Assembly (NCBI GenBank): GCA_965285935.1
Contig: OZ260667.1
Coordinates: 39,246,001 to 39,310,000 of the forward strand
Reading direction: 5' to 3'
DNA: 64,000 bases
Source: Ophelia neglecta
Taxonomy: Eukaryota
The notes beneath the pieces are model-generated. The model searched no databases, was not told the DNA's origin, and was given only the letters and a program-made list of their open reading frames with translations. A program made the position numbers and the translations under genes. How positions within the stretch are numbered: position 1 is the stretch's first letter; each line of letters opens with the position of its first letter. Shown piece after piece: positions 63,693-64,000 of this stretch.

Positions 63693-64000
63693 CGTTGGGA
63701 AGTTTTATCCTGTCTACTATCGTCACCTGATTTCGTAAGCCATTTATTTGCATACGCCTTTTTTGGCCACTGAATGTCATGAAGGAAAGCGGCCGCTTCC
63801 TTAGTAGCAACCTTGACCTTTGCGTATTTACTCTCACCTGTCAGGCTTTGTTTGATATAAATAGACTTGATGTGGAAACCGTGCGAGTTGATAAATTGTT
63901 TGACCTGTTCATCTGGGGCTTTGGGACCAATGCCTCCTACATAAATTTTTGTGTAATTTCTTGGCTGTACCTCAATGAGTGGAGACTCTTCTCCGTCAGT
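63671..64000 (-). CDS. LINE ORF1 C-terminal fragment with an RRM-like domain (absent from the ORF track; 5'-open)
   Basis: Manual translation from 64000: TDGEESPLIEVQPRNYTKIYVGGIGPKAPDEQVKQFINSHGFHIKSIYIKQSLTGESKYAKVKVATKEAAAFLHDIQWPKKAYANKWLTKSGDDSRQDKTSQRWSKDPK*. IYVGGI is RNP2-like and YAKVKV is RNP1-like. Confidence 0.8.
   Translation of the reverse strand, partial: TDGEESPLIEVQPRNYTKIYVGGIGPKAPDEQVKQFINSHGFHIKSIYIKQSLTGESKYAKVKVATKEAAAFLHDIQWPKKAYANKWLTKSGDDSRQDKTSQRWSKDPK

Larger units (their letters stand above)
59957..64000 (-). mobile_element. Apparently intact RTE-X-like non-LTR retrotransposon; 5' end lies beyond the window
   Basis: ORF1 C-terminus, uninterrupted ORF2, ~200-bp 3' UTR, AATAAA (59983-59988, minus strand) and an (ATACA)n tail at 59957-59980. 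The clade call is from motif style only. Confidence 0.93.

Overview
This is AT-rich eukaryotic DNA that looks intergenic or intronic. Its repeat content suggests a bilaterian invertebrate, but the taxon cannot be fixed from the sequence. I recognise no host protein-coding gene, tRNA, rRNA or CRISPR array, and most short ORFs in the track are noise. The window is mostly transposons. (1) An apparently intact non-LTR retrotransposon lies on the minus strand at the right edge: an RRM-like ORF1 C-terminus, a 1167-aa APE-RT-CCHC ORF2 with an atypical QADD catalytic motif, and an (ATACA)n tail; it is RTE-X-like. (2) There are decayed LINE pieces from RTE-X-like, L2-like and RNase H-bearing I-group families. 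(3) Several non-autonomous DNA transposons have readable ends: two PIF/Harbinger-like MITEs with TAA duplications, a Mutator-like element with a 9-bp duplication, and a 97-bp pure fold-back element with an 8-bp duplication. The most unusual signal is a set of long hairpins capped by GNA triloops (GCGTAGC, GCGAAGC). One has 86-bp arms with patterned tandem mismatches, including GA/GA pairs, which suggests a mobile element that acts through folded single-stranded DNA. A motif-dense candidate cis-regulatory region lies at about 24.9-27.0 kb (CCAAT, CRE, perfect DR1, CTCF-like sites). Coordinates were counted by hand, and family assignments come from motif recognition rather than database searches.
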